The position numbers and the translations under genes are program-made. Below the pieces are notes generated by a model, which was not told where the DNA came from, did no database searches, and worked only from the letters and a program-made list of their open reading frames with translations. From positions 69,170,788 through 69,234,787 of the forward strand of contig CM120640.1 of NCBI GenBank assembly GCA_051362555.1: DNA of 64,000 bases. Reading direction: 5' to 3'. The stretch comes from Lingula anatina (lineage: Eukaryota > Animalia > Brachiopoda). Each line of letters opens with the position of its first letter. The first letter of the stretch is position 1. Shown one piece after another: positions 15,701-28,615 of the stretch.

Positions 15701-16151
15701 CACTAAATATTTTGACAGGTGCAGCACATTTTTCAAACACTTTTTGGATGTATAATGATGATGGGATTGACTGTAGTTGGGGGGGGGGGGGGGCTGTCTT
15801 TTTTAGTATTAATGGCAGCTATTCATTGAAAACAAAAAAAATGAAAATAAAGATTGCCAAAGTTTTAATGAAATTTAAAAAGAAATAAGGATACAGATTG
15901 TTTGAAGACAGAAATGACAATATAAAGCTTTACTTATGCCCATATTCAAATATTTGGCCCATTCTTCTTTAGCTATCTCTGCTATGGTGTTAAGCTATTC
16001 TGCAGACAAACAATGAACAATGTGTGGTCAAAATAAGACCAATGTGATAACATCATTCTTCTCCTATGAACTTTACACTAATATCTTTAATGAGTTGATA
16101 GACAACTTTTGAGGAGATAACATTTTATCCTTTTATAAAGAGATACATATG

Positions 16152-16229
<78 letters not shown>

Positions 16230-19200
16230 AGATTAGGACAATTGCGTATCTTTCCTCCAACTACAGTAATCTCCCATACTCCACTCACCTATTCCGCAGC
16301 TTGAACTTTCAGCCTGTCCTGTGCGATGGCCTTTCACACAGTTCAGCTCAGCTGCCACTGTATACACTTAGGAAGTCCTGATACAATCCAAGCCAGTTCA
16401 GTTTTAATTTCTCAGTTGACTTACCTTGCTTTCTTAATAAAAAGATAATCTTGTTTGAATGAGAACATTTGTCATAATATCCTAGAGCCGTGGGCTTAGG
16501 ACACAGTTATTAAAGCAGTGGCTTTGATCAGTGGGGATATTCAATGCAATAACTGGCTCTGGTTATAGCAGTAGTGCTTCAAACTCTGCTGTATTTGTTT
16601 CTAGTCTCTCTTAGACACGAAACTAAGGTAGATCTTAGACACGAAACTAAGGTAGACTGATGTAATTCACGTGCCAGGTATAAAAAGTTGATATAACTCG
16701 GGGTGATAACACATTTTTTTACTCAGAAAGTAGTGACTTTTAAAAATATTTTTCTCTGAGGGTAGAAACTACAAATTTGGTGGCTGTCAAGATTTTGAAT
16801 TTTACTGTATTCTCATACAAGTACCCAATAAGTGTTTGCTGGGCCCTTGTTTCATAACAGAGTTTGAAAGGCCTTGTCACAGGATGTAATGTGTTGAGAA
16901 AGAAAACCCACGAACCAGCAGGTAGGATAAACAGTTGAAATAGTTTGTTATATTGAAGTTCATCTTAGCATTTTTTTCTGAAGTGCGTAATTGAGACTCG
17001 TACTACATGACCTTTTTGTGCTGGTACATCATCATTATTGTGATGATTTTTTTTAATAGTTATTTTGAATTATTTAAGCTGTTGCATTCAGTAATGCCAG
17101 GGCTCTTACTGACCTTGCCTGTGTACCAACACCTTCCACATTGTTTACAAGGTTACTTTACCTTAGTTTACAGTGGTGAGAGAGAGATGGTCAAGTTGTG
17201 GGTCATCAGATTTTTAAAAATAAGTCTGTGCTGATGAAGGAGATAGATAATAAGATGGATACACAGAATTAATGAAAAGAAAAGACTGAAATGAAATATT
17301 TCCTGTGCACAAGATCTCCACAATGTTATAACTAGCATAGTGAGAGTACTTGACCTTTTATTACTACCACCATTCATCACTTAAAAGTGAAGCATTGAGC
17401 AGTTCTCTTACTGCACTACATGTGATGGTGCATTTTTGTCTGCATAATAAATACAAAAATGATTCAAAGTAGATTTTATCCTCATAGTTATTCACATCGT
17501 GATGCAAGTTGGGAATAAAGGATGACTGGTGTGAAATAAAAAACCAATTTCCTAGCTATCTCTTTGGTGGCAATAGTTTTCCTGCTACTTAAGGCAACAT
17601 TGCAATTAGAATAATATCTTGAACTGAGGCAAAATTGATGAATGATAAAATTCAACTTTAAATGAGATATGGGAAGACCTGTATTGCCTGCCACTCAAAG
17701 AAAGACAATAATGGTTCCAGTGAGTCAACAAGAAAACTATTACAACTTTCCTGAGCTCACAAGTTGTTAAGTAATTCACTCCTTTGTTCTACTTGCATGT
17801 AATTGATTGCAATATGTCCATACTTCCAGGTCCTCCTATGGCTCACATGCAGCGAATGCCAGGAAGAATGCCAGGTCCTATGAATCCTGTAAGTCAGCTG
17901 CTTTCTCTCAGTCTCTGTTGCTTCATTGATATTTATCCGTATGTTTTATTGCTAACAAAAGTAAATTGAGTAGAGATATGAGAGAAATGAAAGAAAAATG
18001 AAACTTAACACAAAGACAGGTCTTGGAAGATTTCTCACGATAAATTTTGAAAAAAAAAAAAAAAAGAAATCAGTTGGGAGGGCTAGAACCTTTTTTACAG
18101 TAATGTTATACTGACAATGACGAGTTGGAGTTTCAAATATTAATTACTTCAAAGGCTCTAGTTTTATGCTAACATGGCCCTGTTTCAGAACTATGGTCCA
18201 ATGCGTGGCCCTGCACCCAATGGTATGGTACCAGGAGGGCCGGGACCTGGAGGACCAGGACCAGGCATGCCACCTATGTCAATGTGAGTACACAAAACAA
18301 GGTTTGCCATCATTATCTTTAATGAAAAGATATTAGAATTAATACAAATTAAATGCATGCACATGTTTTTATAGTGCTCCTGTTATATTTATGGTTAACT
18401 ATGTTCAGAAGTCAGAAATAATGTTGAGTTGTATGCATATTTACCTAAATTAGTTCAAAATTAGTGCTGCCGTTTTCGCATTTGCTGTTTTGTACATTTT
18501 GCTGTAAATCTATACGTGTTGTACATATTTTAATATTCGTAATATTTATACTGTTGGTAATGCATAATATTTGGTCAGAAATTTTTTGTCCTATATATGA
18601 CTGTTATTTCTGCCTTCCAGACCTGGACAGATGACCCGCCCCTGGCCCCCCTCATCTCAACCAGTGAGTAACAACTTCTAAAATAAACATGGATTTGTTC
18701 TCACTCGTACTGGATCGTGCGTTGAAATAGACATGTAACATTCGGTCCAGTATGAGACAAAATAGTTTAAAACAACTGAATGGAGCAAAACTTTCCTTTT
18801 TATATTTAACATCCATGTCTATGTGTACTAATTGTTCTAATTATACAGGATTGAAGTAGCTGGGCTTTCATGATCTAAAGATTTTATTGTAAAATTCACC
18901 TTAACATTCTCCCTAGCATAATATCTATAGATATGTATTAATGAGGTTGATTAGAGGCAGTAGTTGAATATGATCATTATATCACAATTAGTCTCACAAT
19001 GTTAGTGGCAAGAAGATCCTGACCTTAACATTTCTGTAACGTCACTCAAGTCCTTAGCACTGTGATTGACACGGGTATATTTTCACTAATATTTGAAGGA
19101 AACTCTATGATTGATAATATAACTTTATACACAGTGGCCATTGGATTTTATATGCTGCATGTTTGAAAAAACAGGTGTTCTTTTGTTGGGAATTTTTGTA

Positions 19201-21799
19201 ATTTTTTGTTTCCATGTTTGTGTTGGACCTTACACAAAAACCTGTAACTGTGACCCATGTAAGATATGGGGAGATGATTTTAACATCCAGTGGCCAGTAA
19301 TAAAAAATTAATCAGAATGGCTGTTGATTGCACTAACATGGTATCTGTTTTTCTTCTCTATGTAGATGAGTTACTCATCTCCCTCGCCTGGAAATTACAG
19401 TGTAAGTGAGAAGATTTAACTTTAAAGCTGTTTTAGAAGCCACCATCTTGAAAAAAATACTGACTGTTGTAGCAATCATTTTGGGAAACAATTCATTTAA
19501 AAAAAATGTTTGGTTTCAATGAAGTTTGTTGATCTGAATTCATGCTGTAATGTCATGTAGAGCAGACTTTTTAATGAAATAAGTAAAAGTCTGCACCCTC
19601 TCTCTCTCTCTCTCTCAGAGGTTCTAGAACAGCTTTACAAAACAATCACTTGCAGCACTAATTTAGATTAAAATCTGCAATTCTGGGAGAATTTTGTAGA
19701 TAAATGATTTGAGCAATATATGCTTATAACTCAGCATCAAGCAGAATTAATTACCAATTTAAGATTGACAGCAAAATGAGAAGTGTCAGACAGGACTCTT
19801 CATGCATGCTCACTTAACATGTGGCTTATTTATCACTTTAATGTTTAAAATCCATCTTCTGCTTAGTTTCATTTTAACGTAATTCTAGATAATAACAATA
19901 ATGAATTCCTTAATGTCACATTTGTCATGTAAAAGCAAATGAATCATTTTGATAAAATTATGTGTTCAGTTTAACCACTGTGTTAGTAAATTTCAATATT
20001 TTATGCTTCTCTATATTCAGGGCCCACCAACAGGCGGACCTCCAGGAACTCCCATCATGCCTAGCCCCCAAGGTAAGCCACTTCTCAGTCGAACATCTCT
20101 CATTTTGTCCATTTTATGGTTTGTCTTTTTGTTTCCGATAGATATTGCCTCACCTATTTTGGTTGTGTTAGTTTTTGTTAGATACATGATTTTGGTTTGT
20201 ATATTTTTTCATTTTTCTCCCTCATATTTTAAAGAGTTTTTTTTTCTTTGATCTTTTCTGAAAGGAAGTAAATATCTTGTGTCAGATGTCTCTCTGTGTG
20301 GAGTTTGGCATGGAAGTGGGGGTGTTCTTACAGAAGAGACAATATACACTCTGTTGGTGGTACATGTATTATTGTGTTAGTATGGAGGGTATTCAGAGGA
20401 TAAAAAGTACCCATTGCAGACCCGTCATGATTCAATGTGAACATGAAATAAGTAAAAGAAGCATTACAGTATTATAACTCCCATACACAGCATAATGCTA
20501 TTTCATGAAATGAAACTTTTTATTCTGTCTCTTTGATACAATGTGCCGTATGTCTTATATTGTTCAAAGAGGCAATTGATTACTTATTGGTTCAACTCAC
20601 TGTAATGTCATGACTGCCATGGGTACTTAAGTTAACCTACAACTGGTTTTATTCAGGATCAACTGGACCTTACTCCCCTGCAAGTCACAGAATGAACTCT
20701 ACTGCTGCAAGACGAGGTGATTGTTTGATGGAATTTTATTAACCCAACTAACACCACAATAATTGATATGGGAACATGTATTGTCCACTTGTCAAATTTC
20801 ATTCAGTACAGTGCGTCTACAATCCAAATTCTAGTTCCTGTATGTTCCCACATGGGTTTTACCTCTTCTTTTGTAAATGTGATGGAAAAGTTCATTTTGA
20901 CTTTAACAGGGGTAGCTTTGTGTATTTGGTTGTTTTTATTTCTTTTTATGTACAGACTGCAGTGACTGTACATACAATAAATTTCTCTATATGCCATTTT
21001 TTTTATTTTTGCTAACTTGAAATTAGTCGTCTTTTTCCCATTATAGAATTACCGTAGAGCTAAAGCTACACATCAGTTTAAAAGTTGGGCCTAAATACAC
21101 CATTTTTCAAGTTTTTTTTCATATATTTCAAGTATTTTTCTGCAGTACTTATAAAATAGTTAGTTTTACTCAAGCCTGTTGAAGTCACAGTTAGTCTTAA
21201 CGTGCACGTTAATGATATTGCAGCCTTGTTCTTTGTGAGAGTCTACTGATTCTCAACATTATTTCTTACTGTTCAGGATATTTTTCATAGTTGAATTGGT
21301 CTGTACATTTGTCAGCTTCAGCTGCCTTGTTATAGAGTCCAGCTTACAATGTGTCAACAGTACTGAATGCTACATGTGCATCTTTTCCCTGACAACATCT
21401 AATGTTATGTGACGTGCTGTACACAAGGCATGCTACACTGAGACTGCTTTGGTGTTAACCAAATAACAAGATATGCTTTTTTTTTCATATATGACAAGAT
21501 TTAACCCACAGTTGTTTTTAGTTGTTATAAATGCTCCAGAGGAAACATAGCACTTACATTAATCATTGGATAGCTTCACTGAAGTCACGTGAAGTTGGGA
21601 GTAGTTGTCACGGGCTTAGTGCAGTGTCATATTTAACATTGGTGACATCATTTTAGGACTGACTTAATGCCATTTCTTAGATGCTTGTTTAAAAATCAAA
21701 GTAGAGCACATATTACTAACTATGATATTATAGGAACAAACAATGAACAGAATTATAAGTACCTGACTCTTATGTGCTGAATGCATTAGATTCATGCCT

Positions 21800-21871
<72 letters not shown>

Positions 21872-24800
21872 CCATTGGGTTGTTTGAAAAGCACACTTCA
21901 GGTCTGTTAGGCATTATTATTCATTTTCTGCCTTTTATTGTTGAATTTAATAACATTTTAAGACTTCTGTCAGAAAAACAATTAATAAAATCAATCATGA
22001 GACCTGGTAAGGTTATGTTCTCATGTCATTGGGTATATTTGCAGAAGCTAAATTAATTGCACAAGTTAATGATAGTGTACCAGTGTACTGCATAGCCAGT
22101 TCCTGGTCAGGTGTTGTTGGAAAAGGCTTTAGTTGGTTAACAGTGTAAGTCATCTGTCTGAACTAAAATTGGTAAATAACAAAAGGCAAAAGGACAATAC
22201 TTGTTGTTTACCAACTTTATTTGGTACCCTACCAAGTGGTATGGCTTGCGTCGTTGTAAAGACGTATCATGTGCATGCTTGAGTGAGTTACGTGTACTTG
22301 TGTCACTGCTGCTTGTCCCTGTAAATGTAGCAATGACCTTCAAAGAATTATCAGTCATGTTTGCATTGAAAGAGGGTGTCATATGTATCATGGACACACT
22401 TATTCTGAATCATGAAAATGTTGTGAAAAGTATTACATGAAAGTCAGTTTCTGAAGTTATTTACGCCACTGATCTGTATTTTTACAAGTGCGTAGAATAA
22501 TGAGTGAACACAGGTGTTTTGATTAATTCTATTGGTGAAAAGTTTTTGGTATTTAAATTGTCATATAATGTTTCCAGGCTTGCAGCAATTTATGAAGTTG
22601 GACTGGATTTCCTACATGTGCCCCCATGGACCAGAGATTGTACTTTGAGTGATGATAGCATAACCTGATTTGTATGGTAAATCAAATGGAAATATTATTT
22701 TTATATTCTCTCTCTCTTTACAGATTCAAGTTCTGGAGAGATGGGTTATATGGGAATGAAACCTAACATGGGAATGCCTGTAAGTCGTGTGGTATTTGTC
22801 ATCACCATTGTAACATTGCACATGTTTGAAAAGCACTTTGCTGTAAATAGAGTTAAGGTGATATCTTTATGCTGCCTGTAATGCACATGTGGCAGCATCA
22901 TTACCATGGTGAAGGAAAACTGAGTGAATTTTTGTTGAGTCTGGCATTTGGACAGACTCCATCGTGATGCTCTTGCAAAAAAGTTATTCATGTCATCGTG
23001 TCTTACATATGTTCTTCATTGTGTTCCTATTCCTTTCAGTTCCCAGGTATGGGCCCTGACAATCCTATGGGGCCTATGGGGCCAGATATGAACCCAGTTA
23101 TGAATGGTAAGTGCTATAAAACATCCAATATCAAGACCAAATGTTCAGTGGGTGATTTTATCACAAGTGTATATTACAAACTTCAGTGCTGACTGGCTAA
23201 CTTTTAAAACTTATTATTTAATTTCTTTTAATTTATGGAATGTTGTATCAGTACCCTCATTCTCATCAGTTGGTAATTTTATATGATGGTGCCATTATGT
23301 CATTGTACTTATCCAGCTCTTTATAGGTTGCCAAACTATTTACTAATAAACATATATGTCTTGAAGACTGGAGGCTTTCTTATGAGAATATGGTTGTTGA
23401 ATGATGCTGGTTTTAAAAAATGAACTAATTAAAATGTAAATGCCAACTAAAGTGCCATTTAAAAAGGAAAAGTTAAAAAAAAATTACTCATTCATGCAGG
23501 CTGGGTATTTTGTAAGTTCTTTTGTTTTGTGATGCTGATACCTGTCACTTCAGGAGGGGATGGTCTTGACGGAATGAAGAGCTCTCCTGCCAATGGAGGC
23601 CCTGGGACACCTCGACACGATGAGATGCCACCTGTGAGTGCGGGGGACATGGGAGGCTATAATCTACCATACCAAGACAATGTAGGAAATGTAAGTGACA
23701 ATCTAGCTATTAGGAGGCCAAACCAACACAAAATTCTGTTTGTGTTCTGCATATTTGCCCAAATGTTCTTTTTTTTCCTGTATCCCCAATGGTTGCAGTT
23801 GTTTGTATAAGTGAATTGAACCTTCACAAAGCTTTTTTCCCTTTCTTGGAATTATTAGCTTGCATATGTCTTCTGCAAATCTGGCATTACATATCATTCA
23901 TAAGACCTAAGAAACATGTTAGAATTGTTGTTTTAGATATTCACACAGCTTTTTAGCAGTATCTCACATTTGCCCTTTATATCTTCTTATTGTAAGAAAA
24001 AAAGAAAAGACAAACCACCACCCCTACCCAGTTTAAACAATTTGGAATGGAATCTAGGTCTGGAGTACTAGTAAGTATCTGAAATCTGCCTTTACTCTGA
24101 TTGCATGTATGTTGTCACTGCAGACATGAGAATGGAAATACCTACCTACCTTCCTAGAGACTTTTCCTGGGTCAATGCCTACTTGGCGTCATTTAACAAA
24201 TTTGAACATCCAAGTTAAATCTGTGTGACAGAGCTCTTGCTCTGCACCTTTTGAGGTCCTTTCCAAAAAAATACAGGTGAAAACTGAGGTCAGTCTGAAG
24301 ACAAATGGCACACCTGACACCCATTTAACAAGTAACAAAGGCCCAAATTGGTGGTTGATGGAAAGGGATGGGATAATTATAAAAAATCTTGAAATGGCAA
24401 TTTTATCAGTCTCAGAAACAGGATTTGGTTTGGCCTCTTCAATTTGTTTTCAATTAAGAGTTCAAACTTGTTGAATATTTTCTTATTGTTAGTGTGCTTT
24501 TATTTTGCGTTTCTTTGAAGTAAAGTTAAATGAATCAATAAAAGTCATAGTTGACTAATTCACTAATAAAAATGTCTTTGGTTCAATCTATTCTTTGGGC
24601 TCCTCTCATATTTTCATGCTTACTTGTTCTCTTGCAGTAGAAGTGTTGGTGTATCTGGAGCTTCAGTAGAGATGACTAATATTCTAGAAAAACACACAGT
24701 AACAATAATGATAGACATAGTAGGGATATAACAGGCTACAATAATTTTTTCCATATTCTCCTTTCAGGACCACGGAGAATCGGCAGCCATTAAAGCCATA

Positions 24801-24893
24801 AAAGAAAGCATGCAAGAAGAAGCAAAAAGGTTTGAAAAAGACGTGGGTCCTCCGGGCCCCGACCATCCCACTGATTACTTTGGGATGCAATAA
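1862..24893 (+). CDS. Ssdp: Single-stranded DNA-binding protein Ssdp (SSBP2/3/4 family, Chip/LDB cofactor); 5'-partial, LUFS-domain exons lie upstream of the window
   Basis: Exons join(1862..1948,3622..3684,4006..4066,17830..17888,18189..18283,18621..18663,19366..19401,20021..20072,[20657..20716],22724..22779,23040..23106,23554..23690,24768..24893). All are GT-AG with compatible phases and form one open frame. Peptides SQPSPHPQPPHNPMMG, PFMSPRYPGGPR, PNSMD, MQRM, NYG, RPWP, YSSPSPG, GPPGTPIMPSPQ, DGMKSSP and PGTPR occur in the same order as in SSBP3/Ssdp. Ends ...KESMQEEAKRFEKDVGPPGPDHPTDYFGMQ* (TAA 24891-24893). Confidence 0.95.
3801..3847 (+). repeat. (TC)n microsatellite
   Basis: Directly visible. 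Confidence 0.97.
4543..4594 (+). repeat. Poly-T tract (52 T)
   Basis: Directly visible; lies in a short block duplicated at about 4968..5030. Confidence 0.95.
6075..6150 (+). repeat. 38-bp imperfect tandem duplication
   Basis: tgttctatgatttagtag... starts at 6075 and again at 6113. Confidence 0.85.
9826..9852 (+). repeat. Poly-G tract (27 G)
   Basis: Directly visible. Confidence 0.95.
12702..12752 (+). repeat. (TG)n microsatellite
   Basis: Directly visible. Confidence 0.97.
16154..16227 (+). repeat. (AC)n microsatellite
   Basis: Directly visible. Confidence 0.97.
16609..16656 (+). repeat. Perfect 24-bp tandem duplication
   Basis: tcttagacacgaaactaaggtaga occurs twice in tandem. Confidence 0.95.
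20657..20716 (+). CDS. Ssdp: Probable 60-nt cassette exon of Ssdp (GSTGPYSPASHRMNSTAARR)
   Basis: Acceptor ggttttattcag, weak donor GAG|gtgatt, symmetric phase 1-1, stop-free in the Ssdp frame. The flanking exons also join in frame without it. Confidence 0.55.
21803..21871 (+). repeat. Compound (TG)n(AG)n microsatellite
   Basis: Directly visible. Confidence 0.97.
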
Positions 24894-27310
24894 CACCTCT
24901 CATGGCATGCTGGAACTTCTCACTTCATCAAAATCATATTATTTATGTCATGGATTACTCCTCAGATGAACATGTCTGCCCTTCACTGCCGGGCTCTGGT
25001 GCTGACTATGATAACATATGGCAGTGGAGACAGAGATGTGACTCCAGTGATACATTGTGAACATACAGCAAACAGAATGGCAATTAGCAAGCAGTTACAA
25101 TGGTGACAGGCCAGGACCTAGAGAGACGGAGACAGAGAGAGACTGTGGAACCTTGTTATATTACCGAGACCTATGAAGCAGGATACAGAGTCAATTTCTT
25201 CCAATATCTTTCAACAAATGTTTTGATGTGAGACAATAAAGAAATGGAAATGATCTCATCCTTTGCAGAAGTCTGTGTGTGGGGTCTCATGTAAAGTAGA
25301 CTCTTTAGGTTTGGACACTCTTTGTTAACCAGAGTGAGTGTAAAAGGACTTGAATAGGTGACATTACCTGTGGGGTTGTTCAGTCGTGTTAGTGTCTGGC
25401 TGTTGGGGAGGGTGACATGGAAAATGCAGTGTGACACTCTCTGGTTCATGATTAAATAAGTGGCAGGACTCTCAAAGATATTTTTTAGAAAGTAAGTAGT
25501 AACTGGTCTGTTTTACAGAACTGCTGATTAAAACAGGTTCAGTAGTTTGAAAAAGGGAGATATTCTTTTAGAAAAAGGAGGGGGTTGTATATATTTATAT
25601 ATACATATTAATGACCTAGAAGAAAGTAACTTTTTCTTCTAACTCAGCAAGGACCTGGTCGATGAATAAGTGAAGCTTTGGAACTTCACAATTTTTAAAC
25701 TGTAATCAAGATGCTGTTGAAATGTCAAGGGCAGACACCTGTAGTTTCTGGATGGTGAAATGACCACAGTCTGCAAACAGGACGTGTATTGTAGAGGTGT
25801 CCTGGATGTGAAGTGAACTAGTGTGGCAAGTTGAACCATTAAGACTACTGCAATACCAAATCAAATTTATTATTTATATATATATAACTTATTTTTAATG
25901 TACAGTCATTTTGTTTAGATTCGTAGCTGTGAGTATTAAAAATAAAAAAGCAATCCGTCAATGTGGTCATGTTGAGAGGTACGTGTAGTTATGGGTTGGG
26001 GCTTTCCTGGGTCATGAAAATCTCATTTTGTTCTTTCATGTTTGTTATGTTTCATATCTGATTCAGTGGACCTGAACAAGAGTTTTCTGTATTTTTCTGT
26101 AGTTCTTTGTACAGTTAATTGTGGCAGTTATCAAGAAAAGTCATCAAGATTTATTTACTATTGTATATTGGAATGACCGAACAAGCACCCACAGTTGAAA
26201 AACACCATTTATATGGGTGTCCTTAAGTCTAAGAGATCTGTACTCCCTTCTCCCACCTTTTTCTTTTTCAGAAAAACCTGTGCTTTATTTCTTGTAAGCC
26301 TTATATTCTTTCTTTTTTATGTGTCAGGTTTATTATTTTACTTATTAGAGGTAGAAAATCTTTTAGATTCAAAGATCAATGTAGTCAGATAACTATTTAT
26401 TATCAAAATTTATTTCAACAAATTATAAAAAAAGGCTTTAAAAGTAGCATTAACAATGAGATTGCTGACATTATTTATTGGATTATGCAGAAGGTTGTAA
26501 TCAGCACACCCTAGTGAATGTATGCTACAAATATTGAGGGCTGTGATGGTTCCATGTGAAATGAAATACCTCAGAGATGGCGCCACCATAGGCACATTCA
26601 GACGACATGAAACCGGTCCAGCCCAGACTTAGCAGATGTATATATTGAAACTGAAGCATTCAGTGTGACTTTCACGAATGTATTAATATTTAATTATTAT
26701 TTTATCGTTTTTTTTGCAGAACTCTTGAGTTCTCACAGATTGTGCACAAAGTTGTTTAAACTGGCTGCTTTGTATTAATTCCAGCATTGTTCAGTCTGTC
26801 TGTATACTATTAATTTTGGCCTGTGAGATATAGGTGTATTGTGTACCAGTGTTGTCAGCTTGTGAATAGATTTATGAGTTAAATGGCTTTGTAAGATACT
26901 GCAGTTATGTACAAAGAAAAATACCCTTAGATGTTGGTGCAAATGTTTATTATATCCAGTAAGCATATAAACCCACCTCCCCTATTTTTTTTCATTTATA
27001 TTTTCTTAATTTCTCCCCCTTAGAATGGACCAGACAACAGTTGAGTTCATTCCTTATTCAAGGGGTGGTGGGCTACCAAAGAGACAGCTTTGATCAATGT
27101 TCTTGATCAGTAGACTTTATTTCAACTTGTATGTCAAGTTGCATGGGAACTATTTTAGCCAGCATTGACAGTCACAAACTCAGCAGAATAAATCTGTTAC
27201 CAGACCTGGTGAACTCCATGCTGTTTATCTTCTCCTAGACTAGTTGTTGCATCTTGTACTGTGACGGAGGCATTTAAAGGAACGTAATTAAAAAGACCAA
27301 TTGAAGACTA
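24894..27310 (+). other. Putative long Ssdp 3'UTR and polyadenylation region
   Basis: AATAAA at 27187-27192. ATTAAA at 27287-27292 is followed by a GT-rich element (attgtgttgtgttt, about 27314-27327). Pumilio-type TGTATATA at 25586 and 26637. The end point is inferred. Confidence 0.5.
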
Positions 27311-28615
27311 AATATTGTGTTGTGTTTATTCTTATTGATATAACGGCAATTGTGAAACATTTACATCAAGTTTAATAGACTATAAATCTTGAAAACTGCA
27401 ATTCACAGACTTTGAAGAGATAAGGATACGTTTTATATATCAAAATAAAGCAGATTTAAGGATAGAAAAGCATAACATGACTTGAAACGTCTTTTGCTAA
27501 TATATGCATAAAAACACCATGAGTTTCATAAAATTTGAAATTATCTGCAGGTTTTTTTTATTTGGAGAGATGGCAATGTGCTTTCACGGGGACCAAAGAA
27601 ATATTTAATTGACTGCCATTAGCATTATGTACAATCCAGTACAATCCAGTGTGCTATACACTAAAAGGAAAAGTTGCTTGAATAATGCATTTTTTCTCAG
27701 AAGACGTGATTTGAATCACAAAATTGTTATCCTGATTGAATATTCCATCATTAAAGCCTAGATAACATTTGCCATGCAATGTCTGTACGGTGAATCCCTT
27801 CTCGTGCAGCGGCTGAGCGGAGGCAGACGGTGCGAAATCGTACGAATTTATGGTCTCCGTGGCCTTTACGATTTTGTCGAGGTAACACTTATGACAAATT
27901 TTGAAAACTGTAGTCCGTAGCATTATTGTAGATGGCATCGACAGTTCCCGTGCGGGCAATGTTCGACGGACTTGCGGAAATTGTGATTTTATATTTGAAC
28001 CTTTAAATGGTCTCTTTTTCTTCTACCTTTGGTAGGCATGACATAGGAGGCATGACATTAGTTTCAAACTAAGTGCAATTCACTTGCACGAAATTGAAGT
28101 CGTGCGTTTTCTCGTACTCACCACATTGGTGCTAAAATCGTAGGAATCTGCATGGACAACGTAGGCTCCGTTAGATCATTTTCAACCGACAAACCGTATT
28201 TTCCTTTCGTGACTTCAAGGTCATGTCAGCGAAATGGCGCGACACATAATGTAAACGTACTCACGATGTCATAAAAATCGCACAGAAAACCCTATACTTC
28301 ATTGCATGGCGTCCGTGGCAAATGTAATCTAGGCTAAAAGCAAGAGTGCACTTGCAGACTGACAACTGTGTTAATAAAATATACCAGGTAGATATTGTGT
28401 AATATAACGTTGTCTAACCGCATTTCAGATTGAGTTAATGTTTGGAGTCAATTAATTATAAAAAAACATTAACTATGGATTATTATTTTTTAATTTGAAT
28501 TAATAACTCATTTACAACACATCTCAGAAAGAAAATGACTTTGGACTTTAAAATCCATCGATTATTCATGAGAAGATTAAGGTGAGACTGTACTCAAATA
28601 GGACTAAAAATTAAA

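Noticed and set aside
27654-27959. 101-aa minus-strand ORF in CpG-rich sequence
   Set aside because: Non-ATG start and no recognisable motif; probably repeat debris.
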